NCBI GenBank assembly: GCA_965231135.1
Contig: OZ246419.1
Coordinates: forward strand, 641,488-705,487
Length of the DNA stretch: 64,000 nt
Origin: an uncultured Gammaproteobacteria bacterium
GTDB taxonomy: Bacteria; Patescibacteriota; Microgenomatia; UBA8517
Reading direction: 5' to 3'
Shown here: piece after piece, positions 1-9,426 of the stretch
Numbering within the stretch: the first letter of the stretch is position 1
Layout of the letters: each line of letters opens with the position of its first letter
Notes under the pieces: generated by a model
The model's input: the letters and a program-made list of their open reading frames with translations, nothing else
Database searches by the model: none
Told to the model about the DNA's origin: nothing
Translations under genes and position numbers: made by a program

Positions 1-219
1 AACACCAAAGATAGTGTCGATCAAGTGATTTCTTACTATAAAACAAACTTGCAAACAAACGGATGGAGCTATCAGGACACGACTGGATCTGGAGTCGGGA
101 CAAATTGGGTAGTAAGCAAAAACGATTTAAGCGGATACATGACAATTGAAACATTGAACAATCAAACTTCTATTATTATCGTTTTGGGAGTTGCAAGCCC
201 TGAGCCTGCATCTAAATAA
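1..219 (+). CDS. 3' end of hypothetical (probably exported) protein, truncated by window edge
   Basis: Frame open from base 1 (NTKDSVDQVISYYKTNLQTNGW...) to TAA at 217-219. Confidence 0.6.
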   Translation, partial: NTKDSVDQVISYYKTNLQTNGWSYQDTTGSGVGTNWVVSKNDLSGYMTIETLNNQTSIIIVLGVASPEPASK

Positions 220-311
220 AAATAAATTTGCCCAGCAAAGAGAGAATTAAACTTCAAGATTAATGACTTGCAAATTATTCATTTCTTAAAAATTTAATAA
301 CTGCTCTTTAC

Positions 312-396
312 AGTCCAGCGCCATTCTCCAGAACATCTTTTGTGCTTGCATTCTGCACTAAGATATTCCTTCGAATAGAGCTGGAGTGGGAGGACT
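312..396. other. Long imperfect multi-stem hairpin (structured RNA / terminator / repeat candidate)
   Basis: Nested complementary segments agtcc/ggact, ctccag/ctggag, aacatctt/aagatatt, gtgc/gcac directly after the stop of 400..1749. Confidence 0.45.
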
Positions 397-399
397 AGA

Positions 400-1749
400 C
401 TAGCTCTTCGGAGTGAAAATGTATGAATGTTCGAGCGTTCCGTTATTACCGAGAATGTCTACTTCGACAGTATCGGACGGTTTGACTCTGAAGAGAGTGC
501 TTCCATCGAAATCGCTGTCAAAGACAACTTCTCCGTTAACAAGAACACGCATATGCGGCGGATCACAGCTCGCTTCAGCGAAGATTTTCGTACCATCACT
601 GCTACGCGAAGCTGCAATATCACCACTCACACATTCCGGGTGCAACGTTGGTGACGGTATTGGCGTCGGCTGAACACCGTGTTCGTTGCAATAGTCGATT
701 CCGTTTACGACAGTTACATCGTAAACCTTAAAGGAACCGTCCGTCAGTTGAATGAACACCTCCATTCCAGTTTGCAACTTGTGGGTATCGAAAACTAACC
801 CACGTTTATCCGGCGTAAATGAATCAAATGGCACATATCCTGCCATCCAATACGTTTGACCATCGTATACGCCAAACGCTAGCGCAACAGGTACTCCAAA
901 AGCAGCGTTATAAACTTCGCATCCATCAGCTCCCGGCGTCCATTTCCTCGTTGCGGTCATTGTTGACGTTACACTAGGCGCAACTGTCGGCGTGACACTT
1001 GGTGATAACGTGTCACTAGCGGTCGGAAATGATGTAATCGTCGCGCTTGGTACCGATGTCGCTGTATCTGATGGCGTCAACGTGTTCGTTGGCGTATCAG
1101 ACGGTTGCTGCGTGTTTGTCGGTGTCAGCGTCAATGTTGATGTATCGCTTGGCGTCAACGAACTTGTTGCTGTGTCACTGGGCGTATCGCTCGGTGTAAC
1201 TGTGTTCGTCGGCGTGTCACTTGGCGTAACAGTTGGTGACGGCGTATCTGTTGCCGTATTTGTCGCTGTATCCGTAGATGTGCTGGTTGCCGTATTCGTC
1301 GGCGTATTCGATGGAGTGCGCGTGGATGTCGCGGTCGGCGTTGCCGTGTGGCACGGACCAACCGTGAAATCGTACGTTGGCGAATACCCTTGAACATCAT
1401 TCAGGTCGTCACTGCTCACAACGTGAATATGCACCGTATGAGACAATCCATCATCTGGAACACTGAAAAAGTGAGAGTAAGACGACCCGAAATTAATGTC
1501 TGTTTGACTCACTCCGTCGATGGAGTAGTGGATAACGTTCCCACTGTTCGGATAGCTGCTCAACGTTAACTGTACCCCAGAACATGAAGGTGTCGCTGAA
1601 TGGTTATGTCCATAATCTGGTTTTGGTTGCGGTCGCGCAATTGCGAACACAAACAAACTAAATACAACAAGGAATCCTACAAGGAAACCTCCCAACCATG
1701 TTGCTCTTTGCTTTCGAACCTTCTGGTTCATCTTGTCCTCCTTGGACAA
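400..1749 (-). CDS. Membrane-anchored surface protein with long Thr/Pro/Ser-rich linker
   Basis: N-terminal TM helix, ~130 aa TPxxT repeat region, Cys-containing beta-rich domains; visibly GC-richer than flanks; TGcTATACT promoter upstream. Confidence 0.85.
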   Translation of the reverse strand: MSKEDKMNQKVRKQRATWLGGFLVGFLVVFSLFVFAIARPQPKPDYGHNHSATPSCSGVQLTLSSYPNSGNVIHYSIDGVSQTDINFGSSYSHFFSVPDDGLSHTVHIHVVSSDDLNDVQGYSPTYDFTVGPCHTATPTATSTRTPSNTPTNTATSTSTDTATNTATDTPSPTVTPSDTPTNTVTPSDTPSDTATSSLTPSDTSTLTLTPTNTQQPSDTPTNTLTPSDTATSVPSATITSFPTASDTLSPSVTPTVAPSVTSTMTATRKWTPGADGCEVYNAAFGVPVALAFGVYDGQTYWMAGYVPFDSFTPDKRGLVFDTHKLQTGMEVFIQLTDGSFKVYDVTVVNGIDYCNEHGVQPTPIPSPTLHPECVSGDIAASRSSDGTKIFAEASCDPPHMRVLVNGEVVFDSDFDGSTLFRVKPSDTVEVDILGNNGTLEHSYIFTPKS

Positions 1750-1843
1750 TAACTAAAACATAGCTGTTAATGTGCTACGCCTATAGTATAGCATTTTGAG
1801 GATTAAAAATTAAATTAAAAAATATGAAATGAGTTTGTTGACT

Positions 1844-2320
1844 TTAGAAAGTCACATCCCCGCAGGAGTAGTATGTAGAGGATTGAGCGACTGATTTGTG
1901 GACATTAATTGCAAGCGGCATCATGGATTTTAATTGATCCATAGTAACATTTAGAGTAGTTGTGGAAGTTCCATTCATAACCGAGGTTAATGGATATTTA
2001 ATTGCTCCTGGATTTGGACAACTTCCGAGGTGAATATGAGCTGGCTGTTCAATTCCTTTTGGGAAACCTGCCATATTTAAGGTAACAACAACCTGACCAT
2101 TTACTTCTTGAAGTGTTGCAGTTCCGCTTTCGCCAGATTTATTTTGGGTATCAAGAGCAACTGTGACAACTGAAGGAGTTGGGGATGGAAGAGGCATTAT
2201 TGGTTGATTTTTATAAGCAAAAATAGCAAAGAAACCAACGATTAAAGCAGCAGCTGCGGCAAGAAGCATCAAAGCTGTGTCGTTTGATTTACCAAACTTT
2301 TTCTTTTTGCTTTTAGCCAT
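1844..2320 (-). CDS. Membrane-anchored CHRD / Cu-Zn SOD-like beta domain protein
   Basis: TM helix followed by SGTATL...PAHIHLGSC...INVHKS...SCGD motifs. Confidence 0.7.
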   Translation of the reverse strand: MAKSKKKKFGKSNDTALMLLAAAAALIVGFFAIFAYKNQPIMPLPSPTPSVVTVALDTQNKSGESGTATLQEVNGQVVVTLNMAGFPKGIEQPAHIHLGSCPNPGAIKYPLTSVMNGTSTTTLNVTMDQLKSMMPLAINVHKSVAQSSTYYSCGDVTF

Positions 2321-2383
2321 AATTCAGTATTTATCTTTTTAAAGTATTGTGTCAAGAGGGGATTAGAATTAATATTAATAAGA

Positions 2384-2803
2384 ATGTGGCTTACTTTGGC
2401 TTTTGGATCAGCATTTTTTGCAGCACTTGTTGCTATTTTTGGGAAAATTGGATTACAAAATATTGATTCAACTTTTGCAACAACAATTCGTGCTTTTATA
2501 ATGGCAGTTTTTTTGATTGGGCTTTCTTTAATCCTGAAGAAATTTGAAGGATTTTCTTTAAATTCGCTGGAAACTCGCGACTGGATTTTGATTGTTTTAT
2601 CCGGAATTGCAGGAGCTTTATCGTGGCTTTGTTATTTTGCAGCTTTAAAAATGGGGCTTGCATCACATGTTGCCGCAATTGATAGACTAAGTTTAGTTTT
2701 TATTGTAGTTTTATCGATTCTTTTTTTGGGTGAGGGGATTAATACAAAAATAATTCTTGGAGCAGTTATTATGACAATTGGCGCTATATTAATTACAGTA
2801 TAA
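2384..2803 (+). CDS. EamA/DMT family small transporter
   Basis: 139 aa, 5 TM, FAALVAIFGKIGL / SWLCYFAALK / IDRLS motifs. Confidence 0.85.
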   Translation: MWLTLAFGSAFFAALVAIFGKIGLQNIDSTFATTIRAFIMAVFLIGLSLILKKFEGFSLNSLETRDWILIVLSGIAGALSWLCYFAALKMGLASHVAAIDRLSLVFIVVLSILFLGEGINTKIILGAVIMTIGAILITV

Positions 2804-2826
2804 GCAAAGCTTGTGACGATTACATC

Positions 2827-3162
2827 ATGAATAATTTATCAACACAGCACTGCGTCCCTTGCGAAGGAAATGTTTCCTGCATGATTCCTAAAGAAATAGA
2901 GGATTACAAAAAAGAATTAAAGCTTGATTGGAAAGTGATTGACAACAAAAAGTTATCATATGAATTCAAATTTAAAGATTTTAAAGAAGCAATGGAATTT
3001 GTAAATAAAATTGCAGACATTGCAAACACCGAAGGACATCATCCTGATATTTATATTTTTTATAATGTTGTTCGAATAGAGCTTTGGACTCATGCAATTA
3101 ACGGTTTATTTAAAAATGACTTTATTTTGGCTTCTAAAATTGAGGATTTAGTTGCTTCTTGA
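2827..3162 (+). CDS. phhB: Pterin-4-alpha-carbinolamine dehydratase
   Basis: CVPCEG N-terminus, EGHHPDI and WTHAINGL...NDFILA motifs. Confidence 0.9.
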   Translation: MNNLSTQHCVPCEGNVSCMIPKEIEDYKKELKLDWKVIDNKKLSYEFKFKDFKEAMEFVNKIADIANTEGHHPDIYIFYNVVRIELWTHAINGLFKNDFILASKIEDLVAS

Positions 3163-3207
3163 TGAGTAATAGGGTATAGTTATTCAAGGCTAATTAGCCT
3201 TATTTTT

Positions 3208-5832
3208 ATGCCAGACGAACCTTCAAAAAATAATATCGGAGAAATACGCGACGTCGATATTACAGAAGAGCTTTCGAAAAATTACCTTGATTATGCGATG
3301 AGCGTCATCGTCGCTCGCGCACTTCCTGATATTCGAGACGGACTTAAACCAGTTCATAGAAGAATTTTATATGCAATGTATGATATGGGCTTATTAACTA
3401 GCGGATATCGTAAATCTGCAACAGTTGTAGGAGAAGTTTTAGGTAAATATCATCCACACGGAGATATGGCAGTTTATGATGCTTTGGTTCGTATGGCTCA
3501 GAATTTTTCTATGCGATATATGCTTGTTGACGGGCAGGGGAATTTTGGAAGCGTCGACGGCGACCCGGCAGCTGCGATGAGGTACACAGAGGTCAAACTT
3601 CCAAAGATTGCCGAGCCAATGCTTGCCGATATTGATAAAGACACAGTCGATTTCACAGATAATTTTGATGCGACAATGAAAGAACCGGCTTTTTTGCCAG
3701 CACTTTTGCCAAATCTTTTGTTGATGGGCTCTGAAGGAATTGCTGTAGGTATGGCAACAAAAATTCCAACTCATAATCTTAGCGAAGTAATTGACGGAGT
3801 AATTGCAACAATTAAGAAAGGAAAGCAGACTGTTGCCATAGAAGAGCATCAAAAAGAAGCTGAATTTTTTATAAATAAAATTAATTTGATGGCTGGAAAC
3901 TTAAACGAAAAGTTTACTGAGGAAGAACTTCGACCTAAACACCTTGGGTTTGATAGCGATATTACTACAGCTGAGCTTACAGAATATATTTTAGGGCCGG
4001 ATTTTCCAACTGGCGGAGCAATATATGATGCAAAAAGCCTAGTTGATGTTTATGAAACAGGCCGAGGAAGAATAGTTGTGCGAGGAATTGCTGATATTGT
4101 GGAGGGCGCCAAAGGAAAAACACAGATAGTTATTACTGAAATTCCATATCAAGTAAATAAAGCTAGCTTGGTTGAGCAGATTGCAGACTTGGTTAAAAAT
4201 AAAAGAATTGTAGGAATTTCAGGGCTTCGTGATGAATCTGACAAAGACGGGCTTCGAGTTGTTGCTGATCTTAAGCGTGATGCAAAACCAAAATCTGTTT
4301 TAAATAATTTATACAAATACACAAGACTGCAAACGACTTTTCCAGCAAACTTTGTTGCCTTAGTTGATGGGACTCCATACACAGTTACCCTAAAACAAAT
4401 TTTAGTTGAGTATATAAGGCATAGACAAAGAGTAATTGTTCGTCGCACTATTTTTGAATTAACTTCTGCAAAGCGCCGTGCTCATATTTTGGAAGGGCTT
4501 AAAATCGCTCTTGATAACTTGGATGAAGTAATAAAAATCATTCGACAAAGCAAAACTCAAGATGAAGCAAAACAGAATTTGATGGAAAGATTTGGATTTA
4601 GCGAAATTCAAGCAACTGCAATTCTTGATATGCAACTCCGTCGCCTTGCAGCTCTTGAGCGAGAAAAAATTGAACAGGAATACAAGGAAATGATGGAATT
4701 AATCGATAAGTTAACTGCGATTTTGAAAGATCCAAAGAAAATTTTGGGAATTATTGAAAAAGAATTAGGAGAAGTTAAAGAAAAATTTGCAGACAAAAGA
4801 AAAACTAAAATTTATAAGCAAAAAATTGGAGAAATATCTGAGGAAGACTTGATCGCCAAAGAAGAAACTTTAATTACAATTACAAAAACAGGTTATATCA
4901 AAAGATTGTCTTCAAGCTCTTTCAAATCACAACACAGAGGAGGAAAGGGAGTAAACGGAATGGCAATGAAAGAAGAGGATGAAATTGATCATTTACTTAG
5001 CGCGACAACTCACGACATGATTTTGTTTTTCACAGACAAAGGAAGAGTTTTTGGCACTAAAGCCTGGGATATAACGGAGGGAACAAGACAATCAAAAGGA
5101 CAAGCTCTTGTGAACTTAATTAATTTAGAGCAAGGAGAACAAATTAGATCAATTCTTGCGCTTGACGGAACGGCAAAACATTTAATTATGGCAACAGCAA
5201 AAGGAGTAATTAAGAAAACTTCCGTTAGTGAATTTGCGAATTTGCGCACCAATGGGCTTATTGCAATAAAACTCGATAAAGATGATCAGCTAGTATCAGT
5301 TCACGCAACAAGCGGCGAAGATTTTATTTTGATGCTTACTAAAAATGGAAAATCTATTAAGTTTCCTGAAGCAAATGCAAGAAGCATGGGAAGAGCTACA
5401 ACTGGAGTGCGAGGAATGAAACTTGCTGCAGGAGATGCAGTAATTGGAATGGAAGTATTCCCCATGCGCGAGGCAAAAGTGGAAGACGGAAGACGCAAAA
5501 TTTTTAGACATATTTTGACAGTATCTGATAATGGACTTGGGAAACGAACAAGGGTTGACTTATTCCCAACTCAAAAACGAGGAGGAAGCGGAGTAAAAGC
5601 AGTAGTTGTTACAGCAAAAACAGGACAACTGGCAACAGCAAGGCTTGTTACAAATGAAATTTCTCAAGTGATTATTACAAGTAAACATGGGCAAGTTGTA
5701 AGACTTTCTCTAAAAGATATTCCAGAATTGGGGAGAGCAACTCAAGGAGTAATTTTAATGAGATTTGCTAAAAAGGGAGATTGTGTTGCTGCAGTTACTA
5801 CAATAAGTAAGAGTGGGGAAGAAGAGGAATAA
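3208..5832 (+). CDS. gyrA: DNA gyrase subunit A
   Basis: [23 protein letters not shown] (catalytic Tyr), GyrA-box QHRGGKG, beta-pinwheel repeats. Confidence 0.97.
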   Translation: MPDEPSKNNIGEIRDVDITEELSKNYLDYAMSVIVARALPDIRDGLKPVHRRILYAMYDMGLLTSGYRKSATVVGEVLGKYHPHGDMAVYDALVRMAQNFSMRYMLVDGQGNFGSVDGDPAAAMRYTEVKLPKIAEPMLADIDKDTVDFTDNFDATMKEPAFLPALLPNLLLMGSEGIAVGMATKIPTHNLSEVIDGVIATIKKGKQTVAIEEHQKEAEFFINKINLMAGNLNEKFTEEELRPKHLGFDSDITTAELTEYILGPDFPTGGAIYDAKSLVDVYETGRGRIVVRGIADIVEGAKGKTQIVITEIPYQVNKASLVEQIADLVKNKRIVGISGLRDESDKDGLRVVADLKRDAKPKSVLNNLYKYTRLQTTFPANFVALVDGTPYTVTLKQILVEYIRHRQRVIVRRTIFELTSAKRRAHILEGLKIALDNLDEVIKIIRQSKTQDEAKQNLMERFGFSEIQATAILDMQLRRLAALEREKIEQEYKEMMELIDKLTAILKDPKKILGIIEKELGEVKEKFADKRKTKIYKQKIGEISEEDLIAKEETLITITKTGYIKRLSSSSFKSQHRGGKGVNGMAMKEEDEIDHLLSATTHDMILFFTDKGRVFGTKAWDITEGTRQSKGQALVNLINLEQGEQIRSILALDGTAKHLIMATAKGVIKKTSVSEFANLRTNGLIAIKLDKDDQLVSVHATSGEDFILMLTKNGKSIKFPEANARSMGRATTGVRGMKLAAGDAVIGMEVFPMREAKVEDGRRKIFRHILTVSDNGLGKRTRVDLFPTQKRGGSGVKAVVVTAKTGQLATARLVTNEISQVIITSKHGQVVRLSLKDIPELGRATQGVILMRFAKKGDCVAAVTTISKSGEEEE

Positions 5833-5833
5833 A

Positions 5834-6847
5834 TTATTTTCTTTCGGGATTTCCGAAATTAGGCTTTTCGATTCTTGATTTAGCGGTTTCAAATTCTTTC
5901 CAAAATTGATTAAAAGGGATTATTTTCACAACTTCTCGTTCATCTAAAGTAAATTGCATCGGTTTTTCATTTTCAAATCTAAATTTGCTTGAGTTTCTGG
6001 AATATAAATCTAAAACACCGACTTCTTTAGAAACATCATAGTTTTTGTTTTGATCAGTACCTTTTGCAAATTTAATTGCTAAACTTCTCATTGCATTAAG
6101 ATACCCACCCACATCGTAAGGGTGATCAACCCCTAGCCCTGCTATTCTGCGGCTGCCCGCACCGTAAATATAATCCTCACTTAATCTAGCATTTGCTGAC
6201 AGTGAGTTTTCTAAATCTTTTTCCCAAGGTTTGTCCTTTTTGTATAGAACAATTTCATTATCTCTTTCCCAATATCGCCGCCAATCCTTGATTGTCCTGT
6301 ATATTGAAACTCTTCCATCTTCTTCTCTTTTAATACTCCAGACAATGTTTGGCATCCACTGCCTAGTGTCTTTTTCTGATTTTTTAATAAGCCACGTTCC
6401 TGGCTCTTTTGATTTATAAGCTTCTGTTAAGCCTGCAAGCAAAGCAATATCATTTTCAGCAAGTCTAAATTCATCTTGTTTTTGTTGAATTGGCTGACCA
6501 AAGAAATCTGTATTTCCAAAACCAAAAGGATTTTGCCTCCCTAAAAAATCGTTTAGATCGTTTGTTTGTGGCCAACTAGATGCAGGTGTTTGAGATTGGC
6601 GTCCTTCAATATTTTTTGGCTTAAACGAGATTAATGACTCATCATATCTTCTTCGTATTTCCAAATTCTTATCGTCAGTTCTGCCTTTGCCGAGTTGTTC
6701 ATATGCATTATTTAGAGCTTGAAATTTTTCTTTATCTCCCTCGTCAGAGTCTGGGTGCAACTCTTTTGCAGTTTTTCTAAATGCTTCGCGTATTTCGTCT
6801 GCTGCTGCATTTTTATGTATGCCAAGAATCTCATAAGCTGTTTTCAT
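5834..6847 (-). CDS. J-domain protein with unrecognised C-terminal domain
   Basis: YEILG...AFRKTAKELHPD...FQALNNAYEQL (HPD motif). Confidence 0.8.
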   Translation of the reverse strand: MKTAYEILGIHKNAAADEIREAFRKTAKELHPDSDEGDKEKFQALNNAYEQLGKGRTDDKNLEIRRRYDESLISFKPKNIEGRQSQTPASSWPQTNDLNDFLGRQNPFGFGNTDFFGQPIQQKQDEFRLAENDIALLAGLTEAYKSKEPGTWLIKKSEKDTRQWMPNIVWSIKREEDGRVSIYRTIKDWRRYWERDNEIVLYKKDKPWEKDLENSLSANARLSEDYIYGAGSRRIAGLGVDHPYDVGGYLNAMRSLAIKFAKGTDQNKNYDVSKEVGVLDLYSRNSSKFRFENEKPMQFTLDEREVVKIIPFNQFWKEFETAKSRIEKPNFGNPERK

Positions 6848-6896
6848 ATGTATATTTTATCAAAAATAGAGGATTTGTGCTAGAATTTGCCTAGAA

Positions 6897-7394
6897 ATGA
6901 AAACTTTCGTATTACCTGGATATTCTACAAAAAATAAAGAGTGGGCAATTGACGCCGCAAAAGAAGTTGGCGGGGAGATATTTGAGTGGCAGCATTGGAA
7001 TGAACCAATTGTAAAATTTAATGCACAAAAAGAAGCTGAAAGATTGATTGAGAAAATTAGTAGTGAAAAAGTTAATATCGCTGCAAAGTCTATTGGAACT
7101 TTAGTTTTAGTGCGAATGCTGACTAAAAATAAAGATGTGGTAGGGAAGATAATAATGTGCGGCGTGCCAGTAAATGATATTGATGAAAATGATTTGAGCT
7201 TCTATAAAATTCTTGCTGATGTAAAAGCTGAAGATATTTTAGTTTTTCAAAACAGCGAAGATGAACACGGGCAGTTTGAAAAAACCAGAAGATTTTTAAA
7301 TGAGATTAATCCAAATATAAAAATAATTGAAAAGCCTGGAAGTACTCATGATTATCCTTATTTTGATGAATTTAAAGAGTTTTTATCTTCGTAA
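6897..7394 (+). CDS. Small alpha/beta hydrolase
   Basis: LPGYS oxyanion segment, AKSIG nucleophile elbow, D (EDEH) and H (STHDY) candidates. Confidence 0.75.
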   Translation: MKTFVLPGYSTKNKEWAIDAAKEVGGEIFEWQHWNEPIVKFNAQKEAERLIEKISSEKVNIAAKSIGTLVLVRMLTKNKDVVGKIIMCGVPVNDIDENDLSFYKILADVKAEDILVFQNSEDEHGQFEKTRRFLNEINPNIKIIEKPGSTHDYPYFDEFKEFLSS

Positions 7395-7674
7395 ATTTTT
7401 CCAGCTTTTCAATTCGATCTTCATGAGAATTTATTTTTTGATGAAGACCGCTTAAGGTTGTTATTTCTTCACGAACGGTTTTTAGTTCACTTAAGAGTTC
7501 ATCTTCTTTTGCATAAAATTCTTCTTTGGTCGGTAAATGATTTATATTTTTTAGAGTTATCAAGCCTTTTTCGTCAATTTTCTTGTCAAGCATTATATCT
7601 AAATGTTGATCGAAATTTTTCCAAAATTCTTCATTGAAGATTACTTGTTGTTGAATTATTTTCTTGGTTTTCAT
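7372..7674 (-). CDS. Small coiled-coil hypothetical protein
   Basis: Heptad pattern, LPTKEEF motif, ends HEDRIEKLEK. Confidence 0.6.
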   Translation of the reverse strand: MKTKKIIQQQVIFNEEFWKNFDQHLDIMLDKKIDEKGLITLKNINHLPTKEEFYAKEDELLSELKTVREEITTLSGLHQKINSHEDRIEKLEKFTKIKTL

Positions 7675-7703
7675 AACTTAATTATATATTATATCTTTTA
7701 TTG

Positions 7704-8639
7704 TCAATGACTTTTTCCATGGAAAGCTTCGTGGACATCTTTCATTTGTTTATTTGTCACATGAGTATAGATTTGAGTTGTAGAAATATTTTTGTGGCCG
7801 AGCATTTCCTGGACACTTCGCATATCAGCTCCTGCAATTAATAAATCGGTTGCAAAACTATGCCTTAATGTGTGCGGTGTTGCTTCAACTGGAAGTTTTA
7901 CTTTATGGGAATATTTTTTGACAATTCGCTGAACACTTCTTGGAGTTAAACGCATTTTTTCATCAGGAAGAGTTATATCTTTTTTGCCTTTGTGATGAAT
8001 GAATAAAGGCTTATACATATCATCACGAGCTTTGATATAAATCGCAAGCCAGTCAGCAGCGCGGGGGCTTAAAAAGACAACTCTTGCATGTCCGCCTTTG
8101 CCAATAATTCCAAATTCCCTGCGGTCTAAATCTATTTTGTCGCGATTTAATTTAATAAGTTCACTCACGCGAAGACCTGTTGAAAATAAAACTTCTAGAA
8201 TTGCTTTATCACGTTTTCCTTGAATAGAACTTAAAGAAGGTGCATTTAAAAGTCTTTCGACTTGCTCGGCATTTAGAAACTTTACCTGGCGATCTTCGAC
8301 TTTTGGTAAATCAATTTTTTCCGGAGTTAATACCTGATAATCGTTTTTGATAAGCCACTTTAAAAAACTTCTCATCGCAATCATATGATAGCTTTGAGTA
8401 CGCTTGGTGAGATGGTGGCCTTTTGGATCAGCAAAGTTTGATAAAAATAAACGATAATCAGAAATCAATCTTGAAGTTATTTCATCTGAGGTTGTTCCAG
8501 CCATCCAATTATTAAAACGAGTCAAATAATGGCGATAATTGCGAAGGGTTAGGGGAGAGCTGCCTTTTTCTATTTGGAGATAATCTAAAAATTGATCTAT
8601 TTTTTTAGGAAGATCAATTTTTTCTAAAACTGCAGGCAT
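7704..8639 (-). CDS. XerC/XerD-family tyrosine recombinase
   Basis: SAM-like N-domain, TGLRVSEL (R), GKGG (K), HTLRHSFAT (HxxR), LGH...TTQIY (H, Y). Confidence 0.93.
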   Translation of the reverse strand: MPAVLEKIDLPKKIDQFLDYLQIEKGSSPLTLRNYRHYLTRFNNWMAGTTSDEITSRLISDYRLFLSNFADPKGHHLTKRTQSYHMIAMRSFLKWLIKNDYQVLTPEKIDLPKVEDRQVKFLNAEQVERLLNAPSLSSIQGKRDKAILEVLFSTGLRVSELIKLNRDKIDLDRREFGIIGKGGHARVVFLSPRAADWLAIYIKARDDMYKPLFIHHKGKKDITLPDEKMRLTPRSVQRIVKKYSHKVKLPVEATPHTLRHSFATDLLIAGADMRSVQEMLGHKNISTTQIYTHVTNKQMKDVHEAFHGKSH

Positions 8640-8645
8640 TAAGTA

Positions 8646-8674
8646 AAATTAACACGACGTGAAATATTTGTCAA
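8646..8674 (-). promoter_or_regulatory. Sigma70 promoter of recombinase (leaderless)
   Basis: Minus strand TTGACA-17 nt-(TGt)TAATTT, 6 nt before ATG at 8639. Confidence 0.75.
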
Positions 8675-9147
8675 TGTGCGACACAAAGTATTTTTTAAAT
8701 TATTAAAATAAATTTAGTTTATTTATATAAATTCAAAAATTATTTTACAAAATATATTAATTATTTTTTGTAATTTATTGTTTAATATTTACATATTCAC
8801 AAATTTAAAATTTTAAAAATTTAAGCTATACAAACAAACTTTAATAAAGTCTTTTATAGATAATAGATGATAAACAATTCGCTCAAAAGAGACTTCATAT
8901 AATGCGATTTAAGACCTGTCATATTTTAAGGACGATATTAGTATCCTTTATTAACAATGGGGATAAAAATAGTTTCCCAAATTATCGGGATTAATTGATT
9001 AATTAAGCCTGATAAATATAAAAATTTTTAGAGATTCAAACTGGAGAGAATTTAAAGAAAAAATTAATTTATGATCATGATTATAACTGTGATGCCTAAG
9101 CAAACTTAAATGATAAATACAGCACTTCTCTATATAGTATATATAAT

Positions 9148-9175
9148 ACGTCGCAAAAGTATTATTGTACGACTA
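9148..9175. other. Candidate dif / Xer recombination site
   Basis: acgtcgcaaaa-gtatta-ttgtacgacta: 11-6-11 layout, arms 7/11 inverted; 0.5 kb from xer gene where core-gene orientation converges. Confidence 0.55.
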
Positions 9176-9426
9176 TGTTTAATTGAACACATATCGTTCG
9201 GGTTAGTGTCGCAATTGCTTATATATACTTACTCAAAATAATGAAGCAAAATTAAAATAATTTTTAGATATTAATTTACCTCACTTCTCCAAGAGGAGTT
9301 TAAATACAAATATTTAACTATGTACAAACTATATCATTTCATGAAAACTCTTCTCTACTTTGTGTGAAAATATGTCCTATAATTACCTATAATATTTCTT
9401 AAACAGTATAATTACACTCCTCTACT

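Noticed and set aside
992-1393. Val/Gly-rich plus-strand ORF and other ORFs inside 400..1749
   Set aside because: Antisense or off-frame shadows of the Thr/Pro repeat gene
7704-8639. Integron integrase or prophage integrase
   Set aside because: Xer-like size and motifs, no IntI-specific insertion evident, no attC-like array or phage genes seen
8640-9426. oriC / DNA unwinding element
   Set aside because: Only degenerate DnaA-like boxes (e.g. tggggataa 8958-8966), no dnaA/dnaN nearby, and core genes converge on rather than diverge from it; not fully excluded without GC skew
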